This document shows, in pieces, positions 40,223 through 52,197 of a stretch of DNA of 64,000 bases. The position numbers and the translations under genes were made by a program. The first letter of the stretch is position 1; every line of letters starts with the position of its first letter. The notes under the pieces were generated by a model. That model was given only the letters and a program-made list of their open reading frames with translations, had not been told where the DNA came from and made no database searches. The DNA comes from Hormiphora californensis. Its lineage: Eukaryota > Animalia > Ctenophora. The DNA lies in NCBI GenBank assembly GCA_020137815.1, contig CM035353.1:4526001-4590000 (forward strand). The letters run 5' to 3'.

Positions 40223-41770
40223 TGCTACCTGCAACATCTCAAACTAACTTCTTTTAACTTCGTCACGAGGTGTCCTTGTCGGCTAAATAGGTTGCACTTG
40301 AGGTGTTGTCCCATGTCCTGTACCAGCCAACCGTACATCGTATCCACATATTATATGTACTTCGTTGTTAGGGGGCTGCATTTACCTGTAATTGTCCACT
40401 CTTTTTTCGTCCATCTTGGTGGTAGCATAGGTTCAGGTGTCGGCCGTACCTTCACTTTGTTCTCCGCAGGTCATTCATGCTGTTTATATCCGTCAACAGG
40501 GTGGTAACATAGGTTCAGGTGTCGTACTTCGTCAGGTACTTCCAATGTCAACATCGGACATCTCCAATCCATCTCCCAATCAGATTGGCCTTGCCCCGAA
40601 CTCTCATCATCTCGAACTGTGACTCAATACTCCTGTGTGCGATGGGGGTGTTACAAACAATGATTTTATGTAGTTACTAGTACGTAGTTACCAGTTCGTA
40701 GCTTTTAGTAACAATTCTAGTAGAATATTAAGTACATTGTATAATATAACCACAAACAACTGTGGCTGATATATAATCGCTTCTGCTGCCAGTATCCTCT
40801 CTCCTAGAGACCTACATACGTAAGCTGGCAGCAGACCCCTCCTTTGTCCGTCTTCTAGAGTAGCCGTTTGTGCCTTGTATGTCTCCGCCCAGTCTGTAAC
40901 CCTCTGGCCCGGTTGTAGTGCAGATATTGTGGTTTGGTGCCTACATTTCCCCGTCAATTCCCGTCTTGAGTTCAGTAATCTAGTGTCCCCAACCATTTTC
41001 AAGATTTCCAGCTTTTCCGAAACACACAGGTCACACGACCGTCGGCCTGGCTTGTAGGTGTGTCCCTTTCTGATCACCTTCCATTTAATCTGGTAATCCC
41101 GTCCTTGATCCTTCATTTCCCACACTTTCTCTGACAATTTAGTAGAGTTCTTATGATGTGGGAGCCTCCTGATACACCACCACCCTCTTCTAATAATGAG
41201 GAGTGGATCTATATTGGAATGACAGGAGGGACTTTTAAACAGAGATACAACCAGCACATGTCAGACTTCAGGCTCCCACATCATAAGAATTCTACTAAAT
41301 TGTCAGAGAAAGTGTTTTTCCCTAGGCTACCTGCAACATCTCAAATTAACTTCTGTTAACTTCGACACGAGGTGTCCTTGTCGGCTAAACATGTTGCACT
41401 TGAGGTGTTGTCCCATGTCCTGTGCCAACCGTGCATCGTATCCACATATCATGTACTTTGTGAGGTGCTTCCGATATTGCCAACATCTCCAATTAAGTGT
41501 TAAATATATATCAAACTTACCCAAACATGTGGAACAATAATGCTGGTATCTTGGTCTCATCTCATTCTCCCATCAGATTGGCAGCTTGCCCCGAACTCTC
41601 ATCATCTCGTGACTCAATACTCCTGTGTGCGATGGGGGTGTTACAAACAATTATTATAGTTACTAGTTCGTAGCTTTTAGTAACAACTAGTAGAATAGTA
41701 AGTATATTGTAGAATAGAAACAGCTGTGGTTGATATATAAACCACAGCTGTTTGATTATATATAATCGCT
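40223..41770 (+). repeat. Direct duplication (about 40223-40780 and 41326-41770) flanking the Penelope fragment
   Basis: Shared GCTACCTGCAACATCTCAAA...ATATATAATCGCT blocks. Confidence 0.85.
40920..41314. pseudogene. Penelope-like GIY-YIG endonuclease fragment, split by an inversion
   Basis: Plus strand YIGMTGGTFKQRYNQHMSDFRLPHHKNSTKLSEKV; minus strand continues RLPHHKNSTKLSEKVWEMK...IKWKVI...CDLCVSEKLEI...LLNSRRELTGKCRH. Confidence 0.85.
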
Positions 41771-42620
41771 GTCGTTTTTCTTCAGATGGGGGACTTCACC
41801 TTCCAGGAAGTTCTTATTCTTGTGTGTGTCCTCATTCTCTTTCTTCTCTCCGCCTCACTGCAGTGATTATCTTCATTTGTCGGGTTTCTCGCCCGCTTCT
41901 TGCCCCTGCCTCTCGTGCGTTTCGGTATCCCTCTGACATTCCTGCCGAAATTTGCCCTGTTTCGAGACATCCTACCTAGGTGGAGTGTTCTGGTTAGTTC
42001 AGTTGTTCGGTATTTCAGTTTCACAGATGACGTATGAGAGTTTTTGGGGGCCAAATGCTAACAGTTCTTGCTTTGCACGCGCCACGCGTGTGCGTTCTCA
42101 CGTTCCCAGCTTTCTGTTCTCCTTCCATTTGTGACATGTCATGGCCAAATCTGAGGGGGGAGAGTAGTGTTAGAATCAGCTACCTGGTACATGCTACCTA
42201 GTACATACATGCAAAATACAGTGCCGTACAGATAGTTATCCTGTGTCAAGATTAGAAATTTTGGCAGAGCTTCCGCAGGGGCTCCTGGCCCCTACTCGGT
42301 TTTTAGGAGAGCTCCCCGTTGCAGTACTCTGGTACATGCTGTTTCTGGGGTCTGTCAATACTGTTAGTATTGCAAGTTGTAATTATAAAAGATGGAAAAA
42401 ATGATAAAAAAAAATGCCCAATAAATAATTGTTCAAAGATGACAAAGAATATATCAATCAGAAAAAAGATAGACTCCAACATGGGGTTGTCATATAAATC
42501 AACACGGTCGACTTCGGAATACTCTGTAATTGTTTTTCATATTCGTCTGGTATATCTATGTAGCTGCGTAGGGGGCTAGCTGTGGGTGGAATGGTATTCA
42601 AAATCCTTGCAAAAATGTTA

Positions 42621-42793
42621 CAGTCGGACCCCGATTTAGGGCCCCCCGATTTAGTGGCACCCCGATTTAGGGACAGGATTTTTTTTCCCCCGATATAGGA
42701 AATTAACCTTATTTGACCCCGATTTAGTGGACACCCCGATTTAGTGGACAAGAGCCTTTCCCCCGAGGGTGTCCCTAAATCGGGGTCCGACTG
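42621..42793. mobile_element. Tc1/mariner-pogo-type MITE related to 1281-1437
   Basis: TA-CAGTCGGACCCCGATTTAGG...CCTAAATCGGGGTCCGACTG-TA with internal CCCGATTTAG repeats. Confidence 0.9.
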
Positions 42794-44822
42794 TATTTCT
42801 ATTTTTGCTCATTCTAAAAATAAGAAATATTCTGTGCCAACATTCTTCATGCAGTTGGCACGTGAAAACGCTGTTAGTGTTGTAATCATAAATTTGAAAA
42901 AGATGATAAAAATGCCCAATAAATAATTGTTAAAAGATGACAATATATCAATCAGAAAAAAGACAGAAATCAGATTTAAAATTAATAATAACGGTTCGTG
43001 AGATCCCATAGGGTCAAAAAATTCACGTTTCTTATAACATGGAACATTGGATTGACAAGATGATTTAATGTTCGGCGAAGTGCACGTTGATAACAGCCCC
43101 ATTGTTATAAGTATGTCTTCTATTAGCTATGCAATTTGGGTCCTGAGTAAGAAAAAGGTAAAAGAAAACGTTAATTGATCTTGTTTATCTCGAATTAGGC
43201 TTCCTTATCGGTACCACTACTGCCAACAGTTGTCTCCTTTCTCCAACCGTTATCCTCTCCTCCAATAGAGAAATAAATGATGAATTAATAAAGTAATAAA
43301 AGACGACAATAAAGTAATAAAAGATGATCAATAAATAAATAAAAGATTTTCAATAAAGGTTCCTTCTCTTACCTAGTTCCGAGCAGGTGCAGGCCCCTCC
43401 TGTCTCCTCCTCTTCACGGCTGGAAGGGTTGCCGCTTGACGCACCACGGTCAGGGCCGCTCCCAGGAGGACTTCGGAGGGGTGGTCCTCGACGGCCCTTT
43501 CCAGCAGGGTCACGAACAGTTGTAGTCCGAAGAATAACCCTTTCACTCGCTTGGGGTTGGAACTTCTCCTGTCTGCCCAAATGCCCCTGTATTGCCTGAT
43601 GGATTTCCAAGCAGTCATGATCTCCCGACAGCTGCAGTTGGAGAGGGCAGTGGATCTTGATGCAATTGGGTGGCCCCCGGTCTGGTTTACCCGGCAGAGG
43701 GCCGTGGCAATGGCCGTCTAGCACACCCTGACAGTTTACAGTATGCCACCAGCTACAGGTTAGCCGCATACCAGATGTTTATCCTGAACTTGCTTTTCTT
43801 ACTAGAAACATTCCTACATGACCAACATCCTCTGCCGCTGGCAGTTGGCACGTGGAAACACTATTAAAATTGCAAGTTGTAATCATAAAATATGGAAAAG
43901 ATGACAAAAAATACCCAATAAATAGTTGTTAAAAGATGCCATATCAATCAGAAAAAGACAAACATCAGATTTAACTAATAGTGATGATACAAATGATGTA
44001 AAGCGACCAAGTATGAACGTGAAGCAGCAACGAACTGGTCGGGTGTCACACATTCGTTCCACATAACAATCTCACCGCATTCGCAACGTTGCAGAACACA
44101 CAGCCAGTTCGTTGTTGTTTCGCTTAAGCAACACTATGATTTGCCTGTAATTAATTAAATATAATGCCAAAATAATAAACTATGTATCCTCCATGGATGA
44201 TGGACCATGGGATTCGAGCTCTCGATTTCAATCGTAAGCTCGAATAAAGCGTCAGTTCTGCTCTTTTACCAAGGGTGATCCTGGATGCAACCAGCCACCG
44301 GTATGCCGCATGAGTCTTCGCCAGCTGTTTGATAATCAATCAATCTAGATTAAAGCAATCTCATCTTCGAAATTGTTAGCAATTTAATCATTTTCATTAA
44401 TTTAAGTTTTATCTTGATTTGGGCCAGGTTAAAATCATAACTAATTACATATATTGTATACAAAATAATTATTATCCCGTCTGCAGGGACGGATGAATCT
44501 AGAGAATAATAGCGGGGAGTGTGCTTGTATTTTGTGTTATAATTTTTATGAAGTACACAGTACACACTTCTTAAATATTCTTTTCTCCGTTCCATACAGT
44601 TTCATCTCTTTATTAATTTGAAGTAGTAACTGCAGTCGTTCTTGGCCGGGCAGTTTAGCCTTTTGATTTTAGGGCAGCTGTAAAAATCCTAGATAGGGTA
44701 TTCGCTTGTACTGTAAGTAATTAACGCAATTCATCATCGAATAGCAATTTTTATTAATTTTTTATTAATTTTGCTTCATTGTCAAGACATCTTGCTTGGG
44801 AGAACTGTTTTGCGGCTCCAAC

Positions 44823-45035
44823 TTAGTGACCGTCAATGGATTGCCACCATTTATGCCCGTGAAGGTAGCAGAAGAGGCACATACTCTCGGAGTGGTTTGA
44901 ACCTTTGTAGGTTGGGGCGTGACAGTTCCTGCATTTAAATGCTCTCCCTTGCTTAGGTTTTTGATTCTCACTACAACATTTTTGCCAGGCACCCCCATAT
45001 AAACGTACCCACTTTCGCACTAGCAACTGGCGCAT
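44823..45035 (-). pseudogene. Cysteine-rich fragment resembling a piggyBac transposase C-terminal domain
   Basis: QKCC...RAFKCRNC...MCLFCYLHGH then stop; no upstream catalytic domain recognised. Confidence 0.4.
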
Positions 45036-45839
45036 TCCTCAGAGTCAGACATAGCGAGTAACGGTCACTTTTCAACACAGAATTTTCTATCATGGCAATC
45101 TCAATACCACTTACATGTCCAACTCATTGCATCTCTGCAAGACATTCGTCTCGCTAGAGTCGGTCACCCTTGCCATGAATTCTTGATTATCCTGATTCCA
45201 GGATCCGAAACTAAACATGTTCTCCTCGTACTCGTATTATATAAAGGAAACTTGATTCGTTCTACAGACGTTACCGATATTGCTTATTGCAACTGTCAAT
45301 AATTGTCGTCCCTGAGAGGACTGGTCTCGGGTGCTAATACATGTTGCTCGTTATAAGCTCCATCACCACACATATAATATGTTATTTTGTGAATGGTGTT
45401 TTTTAACAATCCCCATTGTGGATGTCTTTTACTAATTCCATGGCTGTATGAGGGCAAATAACAGTTTCTTGGCTCCTTTTGAATTTAAAATTTACAATTG
45501 TTTTAATAGTCACTATGTACCCAATAGTTAAAAAATAAGCTTCGATCGATGTCTTTGGCCATCCTTTAATCGTAATGAGAGGTACTCCATACTTTTATTA
45601 CTTTGTGTTGGCTGATGATATATCATTGTTCAGTGTTCACCTTCTCTATTTCCTGAAGTAAGCCGTCATCATCCAGGATCCGCTCGGTATTTGAGCACAC
45701 GTGGCTCGGTCAATATGCTTCTGCTGCTCGTCGCAGAAGGGGGGATCCCATGGTATACTTTGGTATACTTTGATATACTTTGGAATATGGAAAATCCCAA
45801 AAAAATATGTGGAAAGTACCAAAGTATACCAAAGTATAC

Positions 45840-46913
45840 CAAATTATACCAAAACTAATTAAAATTAGTAGGCCGGAAAGGTTGCGCTATGATTTGAGCT
45901 ACCTTTGCCACCGTAACATTCACGGGGTACAGACAGGGTACAGATGCATCGTCTATCTTCAAAAGGGAATGTACCGGTACCAAAGGTAGCTCAAATCATA
46001 GCGCAACCTTTCCGGCCTACTAATTTTAATTAGTTTTGGTATAATTTGCATCATTTTTGGGATTTTTATCCATTTAGATGTAGTAGAACAGGTACGGAGA
46101 GGATGGAATCGCGAAATTGAGAAAATTTCATTTTTGACGTCATTTTGACGTCACGACGTTATCACGTCATAATTATGACGTAATATCATCGGGATTACCT
46201 AGATGAAGATACTGACCAAGTTTGAGATCGATTGGATAAGATTTGAGTCCGCTATGGCGAAAAACCCATATCGTCATATCTATTTTTAAACAGTCATAAC
46301 ACTTCAGACGCGTTTTAAGACCCTTATATACATGTAGTTTTGGAAATTCGCTATATTGTTTCTGAAAGTTCAGACAATTCTCTTTGCATGATATAGTCTT
46401 CGATTTTCGATCAGAATCCGTCTTCAGGGTGTAAATTGAGCTCAAAGAATTTTGGTCAGAGTCTGAAAAATGACGACTTTAAGACGTTCTGTAGGACGTT
46501 CCTGGCGATGAAAAGAGACCCCACATCGACTAATGCACACACATCCAGTAGATCTACCAGTTGTGAAAATTAGAAGGTTCTATCTTTTTTCGTTTGGCGT
46601 GAATATGGTTTACAAAAAGCGTCTCTCCTACGCGCGCGCGCGTATATGCGTGTTACACTGAATTTATGGCAAATGGGACCTATCTGTAACTTCGATTCTA
46701 GATGAGATAGAGACTTGAAATTTTAAACTTGAGTCAAAGACCCCAAGCCGGGTATACATTCCAAATTTCAAGTCTAACGGATGAAAGGGAGCCACGCTAT
46801 AGCCTTCTGAAATCTGGGTTTTCAGCCAAACACCCATAAAACGTATAACTGCGTTTCTGGCGGCGCTTTTGCTTGGGGGGGATGGCAACCTTTGCGCTTG
46901 CCAGCGCAGTGAT
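45840..46913 (+). mobile_element. Helentron/HINE-like non-autonomous element, copy 2
   Basis: 5' inverted repeat of about 68 bp (45840-46048); subterminal pair AAAGGTTGC / GCAACCTTT; same 3' hairpin; body similar to 38090-38420. Confidence 0.78.
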
Positions 46914-47514
46914 CTTTTTAATAGCTTTACGTACTTAAAAGTGTTAATTTACAATAATTAAGGCTTTCAGACATTTCGTATAAACTTTCTTAACTCATAA
47001 AATTGGGGCTAAATAGGCTAAATTCCTAGAATCGAGGAAAAGTATATTGCCTATAAAATGATGAGTCACAAAACTCGGTAAAGATTTGAGCACACTTGGC
47101 TCGGTCAATATGCTTCTGCTGCTCGTCGCAGAAGCTGCAAGGTCCGCCACACTCCTCCAGGTCACCTTGTGAATTGAATTCTTCCCACACTTTTCATGGT
47201 ATTAATTCCCAAGCTTTTCGAAGGAGATCTTTTGTGAAGTGTGATAATTAACCGATAATAATAAAACAAAAACCATAAATCAATTCATCCTTGGATCCTC
47301 ATGCTAAGTTATCCTCGTTCCTCTGTTCCTCAGGTTACCAGTTCGGTGTGTTAACCGATCATTACTTGACGAGTATAAACTCGCCGATAATGTCTGTTCA
47401 ATGGCTCGTAAGATGTGATATCGCAATCAATCAAGATGTCGAGAGACGTGTTTGATCTCCTGCCTGATGAATCGTGCCGACCCCGGTTATCGAAAGATGT
47501 CGAAGAAGACAGTT

Positions 47515-47820
47515 AAGGTTGTACAGCGTAATCCTCCTTGTGAAGAGAGCAGATTTACAACCCCTGATCTCCGGAAGCATGGCCACCTTCTCCAAGTCAA
47601 CGCTGTCGGCTCGATAAAGGTCCTGAGTACAACTCGCCCGGTCAACATGCTTCTGCTGCTCGTCGCAGAAGCTGCAAGGTCCGCCACAGGTCCTGCAGGT
47701 CACCTTGTGAATTGAATTCTTCCCACACTTTTCAGTTTCACATTGTTCGTTCCCAAGCTTTACTAATTTAAATACTTCTAGGATCCTTGATCTGCATTCT
47801 GCGTGTGCCTGCTGGGTCAA
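47515..47820 (-). pseudogene. Sola1-like transposase fragment
   Basis: VKLGNEQCE...CSFC...H; SVDLEKVAMLPEIRGCKSALFTRRITLYN matches the DL[EQ]KV..LP......F.R....[YF]N pattern. Partial copies near 47085-47215 and 45690-45738. Confidence 0.7.
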
Positions 47821-48105
47821 CGGTGTTGACTGCTCGAGTCAAGACTATTATCATATACGGAGTCCTCATACCTTATTATTGAATCCCCTGGGTAAGTTTC
47901 CGTTTGGGCAGCAGGATGCCTTCCTCTTCTGCTATGTCATCCTCCTGGTTAGACTCATCTCCCTGGACTTCTACATCTTCCTGTTTATCTCCAATAATGG
48001 GGGTCTCGGTGCTGTTTGGGGGGCCCCATTTGTCGGTATCACTCTGGTAGATTTCCTGGATGGGACTCTCAGGAGCCTGTTTGGTTGGTTCGTCGGTGGG
48101 ATTAT

Positions 48106-48792
48106 CTACTGGACGGGTGGGTTGAAGGGTGCCCGTGGGAGATAGTACTGGGGAGGGTAGTACTGTTGTTGGGGATAAGGAGGGAATTGAGGCATGTTTG
48201 CTGTCGGCGGGAAGTGTTGCATGTGGGGAGGGTACATGTGATGCGGGTGGATTGGTTGATACATCATTTGGTTGGGAGGAGGGTGGTGCGGTTGGTCGTT
48301 TTTCCTTTTTCCTGATGGCTTGGATACAGCCCCAGACGGTCCCTGCTGGTTTACTGGTCGTGGGGGTGTCCCGGGGGTAACCCTGATATGTGATACTTTC
48401 CTCCACGATGCAAAGGCGTTGGGGTAGTGTTTGATGATTTCCCGGAAACAGTCTGTAAGGGGGAATACCAGCTCCACTCGTTTTCCTTTGAGGGAGGAGT
48501 CAGCAGTGATTTTCTCACCCTTAATGATCGGAGGGATGAGAAGGTCAGGAACATCAACGGGGAAACCGACCGATACCCATTTAGCGAACATTGGCTTGTC
48601 GGCGAAGCCTTTCCCTACTCTGATGGTTCCTTGAACCACCGTGCGTGGTGTTCCCTTCGGTCGGACCGCAACGAAGTGTTCGGGAAGGACAGCGGATATG
48701 TTCTCGATGGGGGTGGTGGAGTTCCGTAGCATAAAGCATCTTATATTAGGATTATCGATCAGTTCACCGTTTATCCGCTGGCTCTTCCCCAT
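48106..48792 (-). CDS. Orphan 228-aa ORF with P/Q/H/Y-rich C-terminus, probably an internal or last exon
   Basis: Long ORF preceded by an acceptor-like CTGACTTTCAG near 48816; an in-frame stop lies just upstream of the ATG; no recognisable domain. Confidence 0.45.
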   Translation of the reverse strand: MGKSQRINGELIDNPNIRCFMLRNSTTPIENISAVLPEHFVAVRPKGTPRTVVQGTIRVGKGFADKPMFAKWVSVGFPVDVPDLLIPPIIKGEKITADSSLKGKRVELVFPLTDCFREIIKHYPNAFASWRKVSHIRVTPGTPPRPVNQQGPSGAVSKPSGKRKNDQPHHPPPNQMMYQPIHPHHMYPPHMQHFPPTANMPQFPPYPQQQYYPPQYYLPRAPFNPPVQ

Positions 48793-49649
48793 TACTTCTT
48801 ATTCGTAGGTGAAGCCTGAAAGTCAGTTATCAGTAATAATAAAGATTTTGGCCACACGGCCAACTCGAAATTCACTCTACGCAAAGTACGTCTAAACTCA
48901 CTTCCATTTCCCACAACAGTATAGTTATTAATAATAATAAAAATATACATTGAATGTGCATCAGGCACATTGACCAATGACCATTAAAACAGAATGCTTA
49001 TCCCGCACCGGATTCCGGACTCCGAAATGAGTTGTGCCAGTGTCATGTTTGCCTTGTTCAAAAAGGTTTGAACAAAACAATGTCATGTGCCGATCTGCGT
49101 GTTTGCGCTCGTATTTCTTAACAACAGCATTATAGCGCTTTATCGCCGCGTCAACTGTTGGGTCATGGGACAACGTTTCTTCAGCTTCGTCACTGTCCGA
49201 ATCCAGGTTCATTTGTAGTTCAGGTTCCGCTGGTTCTGCTGGCTGTTCCGGCTCTGCGTTTTCTTCGTCGTCTTCTATCAACTCTAAATCGTCCAGGTAA
49301 TGATTGCCCTCATTGACTTCATGATCAATTACCTCATCTTCTTCATCGTTGACATCATTACTCCTAGCTCAACTTGCTGTTGTAGTTGCAGTCTCATAGC
49401 GGTTGCCTGATCGTGGAGCTGCTTTGTCATCTTGAACTCTTAAGCTTCTGGGCTTGTAACGCCTGCTCAACTGCTTGTGATAGTGCTTCTATATTTATGA
49501 ATACCTTTTATTTTTCTTTGGACTAAATAGTCAAGAAGAATGGAGAATGAATTTAAGGTTACTTTGGGGATTTTTTTGTGTTAGTGGTTTGTAGTTATGA
49601 ATTGGGAATTCGATTAAATGTGTAATGTGTTATTAGTGGTGACGTTACT

Positions 49650-50095
49650 TGCCTTTTTCCATGTTTTAACATCGAAAGCGGGAATCTCAATGTCCGGGGC
49701 AGTATTCCACATTGCGGAAGGTGATTGTTGCGGAGATCCACTGGGGCGGACAAGTGAGCAGTTTAAAGCATCCATTATTGCTTTGATACCGTTTAAATCA
49801 TTACAAGCTCCTGCAGTATCTTGTACCAGTATAGGGAGTGGGTGGCCGTGCCCTCAGGCGCAAATGTCCATCCCGGTAGAACTGAGGGAGGTCGTTGTGG
49901 GTTAGTATTGCTGGAGTAGAATTGGTTATTTTAATGTGGTTGTGGTCATAGGTTGTCTGTATAATTAGTGTATTACCGGGTGGCTGTATGTTTCCGTAGA
50001 CTGACAAGCACCGTCCATTCCTGTCTCTCACTGTGCGTCCCACGTACCCTTTATCTCTCATGTGTAACTCCACGCCGCAGTCTGGAAATCCTCAT
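49650..50095 (-). pseudogene. Orphan two-exon gene fragment, paralog B
   Basis: 95-bp intron 49882-49976 at the same position; one 2-nt frameshift. Confidence 0.65.
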
Positions 50096-50819
50096 GCATT
50101 TTGATCTTGTTACCGGGAATAACATGTTATATTGGATGAATTGATAGAAGTGAATGAGTTAGAATTAGATCAATAACACAAATCTTGTGAAAATAGGGAT
50201 ACTTTGGAGATTAAACAGATTGAGATATAATGATAAGTTACAGCATTATGATATCAAAGTCTGATGTAGAAATTAGCAAATCAACCTAGCAAATCCAGCA
50301 ACACATCATTTGATATATCAAAACAACATTTCTTTCTCTTGGTACTGAAATTTCCCTCCACCAAAGGACATTTGATACAGTTGTATGAAATGGATTCTCT
50401 CACTGCTACATTTATGTAGGTGTCAGTTATTGCGGTGTTGTATTCGGATGTGAATGTGAAATTTTTTGTTTTGTTATAGTATTTTAACTAATTAATAATG
50501 GACCCGTATGCGGATTGAAATTTTAAAGGATCATATGTTTAAAATGTTCAAGAAGAATAGGGACATGGATATTTTCGTAGATATACGTGCAGCCAGCTCC
50601 AGGATGTCTCTCCCTTTCAGTGCCTTGTTTCCCGCTGCTCCTATGTCAAGAGTCCGAAGAATTCCGTCAGTGATCAGCAGAGGTTCTAGTCCCCTCGTCT
50701 TCACGTACATTTGGATGAGGTTTCTTCTGGCGATCAAGGCGTGTAACAAACTCGGTTTTTGTACAAAGTAAAGGTTAAACCGGAAATAGAACTGCTCCTG
50801 CCACACTGAAGACAAGACA

Positions 50820-51085
50820 AGCGTTGTTGGTAGTCAGGGTCAAAGAGCCGTTTGTTGAATTGCGTCTCCGCTCTTATCACGTCTCTTCTCATATTCTTTC
50901 TAACTATCGCTGCTAACTCCCTCATGTTTTTGGATCGCTGGTAGACCTGATAGGGCACGTCTCCTTCCTTTTCCTCGGGTGCCTTTTCTTTGGCGCTGAA
51001 GAGTGTTTCTGGTATCTGGCACTCCTTCCCAAAAACCATTATATACGGCATGTATCCTGTCCTTCTGTTACTCTTTGAGTTCAGA
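50820..51085 (-). pseudogene. Gypsy/Ginger-type integrase fragment (post-catalytic region)
   Basis: NRRTGYMPYIMVFGKECQIP followed by a helical RELAAIVRKNM...QFNKR segment. Confidence 0.7.
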
Positions 51086-51199
51086 ATAAAACACCGGTTA
51101 AACAAGGGAATGTATATTAAGATTTGGGATTTGATAAACAATATATTATGTACAAGATCGATGTGGGGATGAATATTCCACATTGCGGAAATGAATAGC

Positions 51200-51581
51200 A
51201 GATGGTGATTGTTCCTGAGATCCACTGGGGGGCGGACAATTGAACAAACTAACGCATCCATTACTGCTTTGATACCGTTAAGATCACTACAGGCTCCGGC
51301 AGTATCGTGTACCAAAAGGGAGTGTGTGGCCGTTCCTTCAGGGGAAAATGTCCATCCCGGTAAAACTGAGGGAGGTCGCAGTGGGTTAGTATAATTGCTG
51401 GAATAGTATTGGTTTTTTTCAATGTGGTTGCGGTCATATGTATTATAGTTAGTGTCTTACTGGGTGGCTGTGAGTTTCCGTAGACTGACAGGCACCGTCC
51501 ATTCCTGTCTCTCACCGTGCGTCGCACGTACCCTTCATCTCTCATGTGTAACTCCACAGTCCGGAAATCCTCATCTTCCAA
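51200..51581 (-). pseudogene. Orphan two-exon gene fragment, paralog A
   Basis: 95-bp intron 51366-51460 (GTAAG...CTAAC...CTCAG) joins YGNSQPP-I-LPGWTFSPEGTATHSLLVHDTAGAC. Confidence 0.65.
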
Positions 51582-51907
51582 CTAATTCGGAGGATGACTT
51601 GACGAACAATTGGATGTGTTCACGGATGTTGTGTTTGAGGCGCAAGCTCATCATACGTTAGCCCGTCCTATTAGGGGAAACTCCTGAGGTAGCCTCCATC
51701 CCGCATCATGTAATTTACTGGGAAGAACTATTTTAGGTGTACTCATAAATGCAAAGAATCGAATTCACACACTAGGGACCCCACACAGCGTCTGCTGCAG
51801 CTAAGGGACCCTGAAATGCTGGCACTATGTTCATTTAGTCCTAGGCTCTCCAATTTCCATATGGTTATACCTACATAATAAACTATTTCATAAATGATAT
51901 TATTAGT

Positions 51908-52090
51908 ATTAAGCCAAAAACTAATTGTAATTAGTTGGCGGGAAAGGTGACCCACTTACACCTTTTGCTCCTGCCGGGTATCACCCTGAACTCTCATTTT
52001 ATCCCTCGGTATCTCAATCTCATATTTTTCGAGGGTAACTTATTCCTGTTCGTTCTATCCCTCTCTCTCCTCCCTGTCTCCCTGTCTCTC

Positions 52091-52122
<32 letters not shown>

Positions 52123-52143
52123 ATTCTCTCTCTCTCACTCTCT

Positions 52144-52197
<54 letters not shown>

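Noticed and set aside
40688-41000. Hammerhead ribozyme expected near the Penelope fragment
   Set aside because: No CTGANGA...GAAA core with stems found by eye; needs a covariance-model search.
50531-50815. Endogenous RNA-virus capping enzyme (H...R...DIG pattern)
   Set aside because: Only a few residues match and no helicase or RdRp is nearby.
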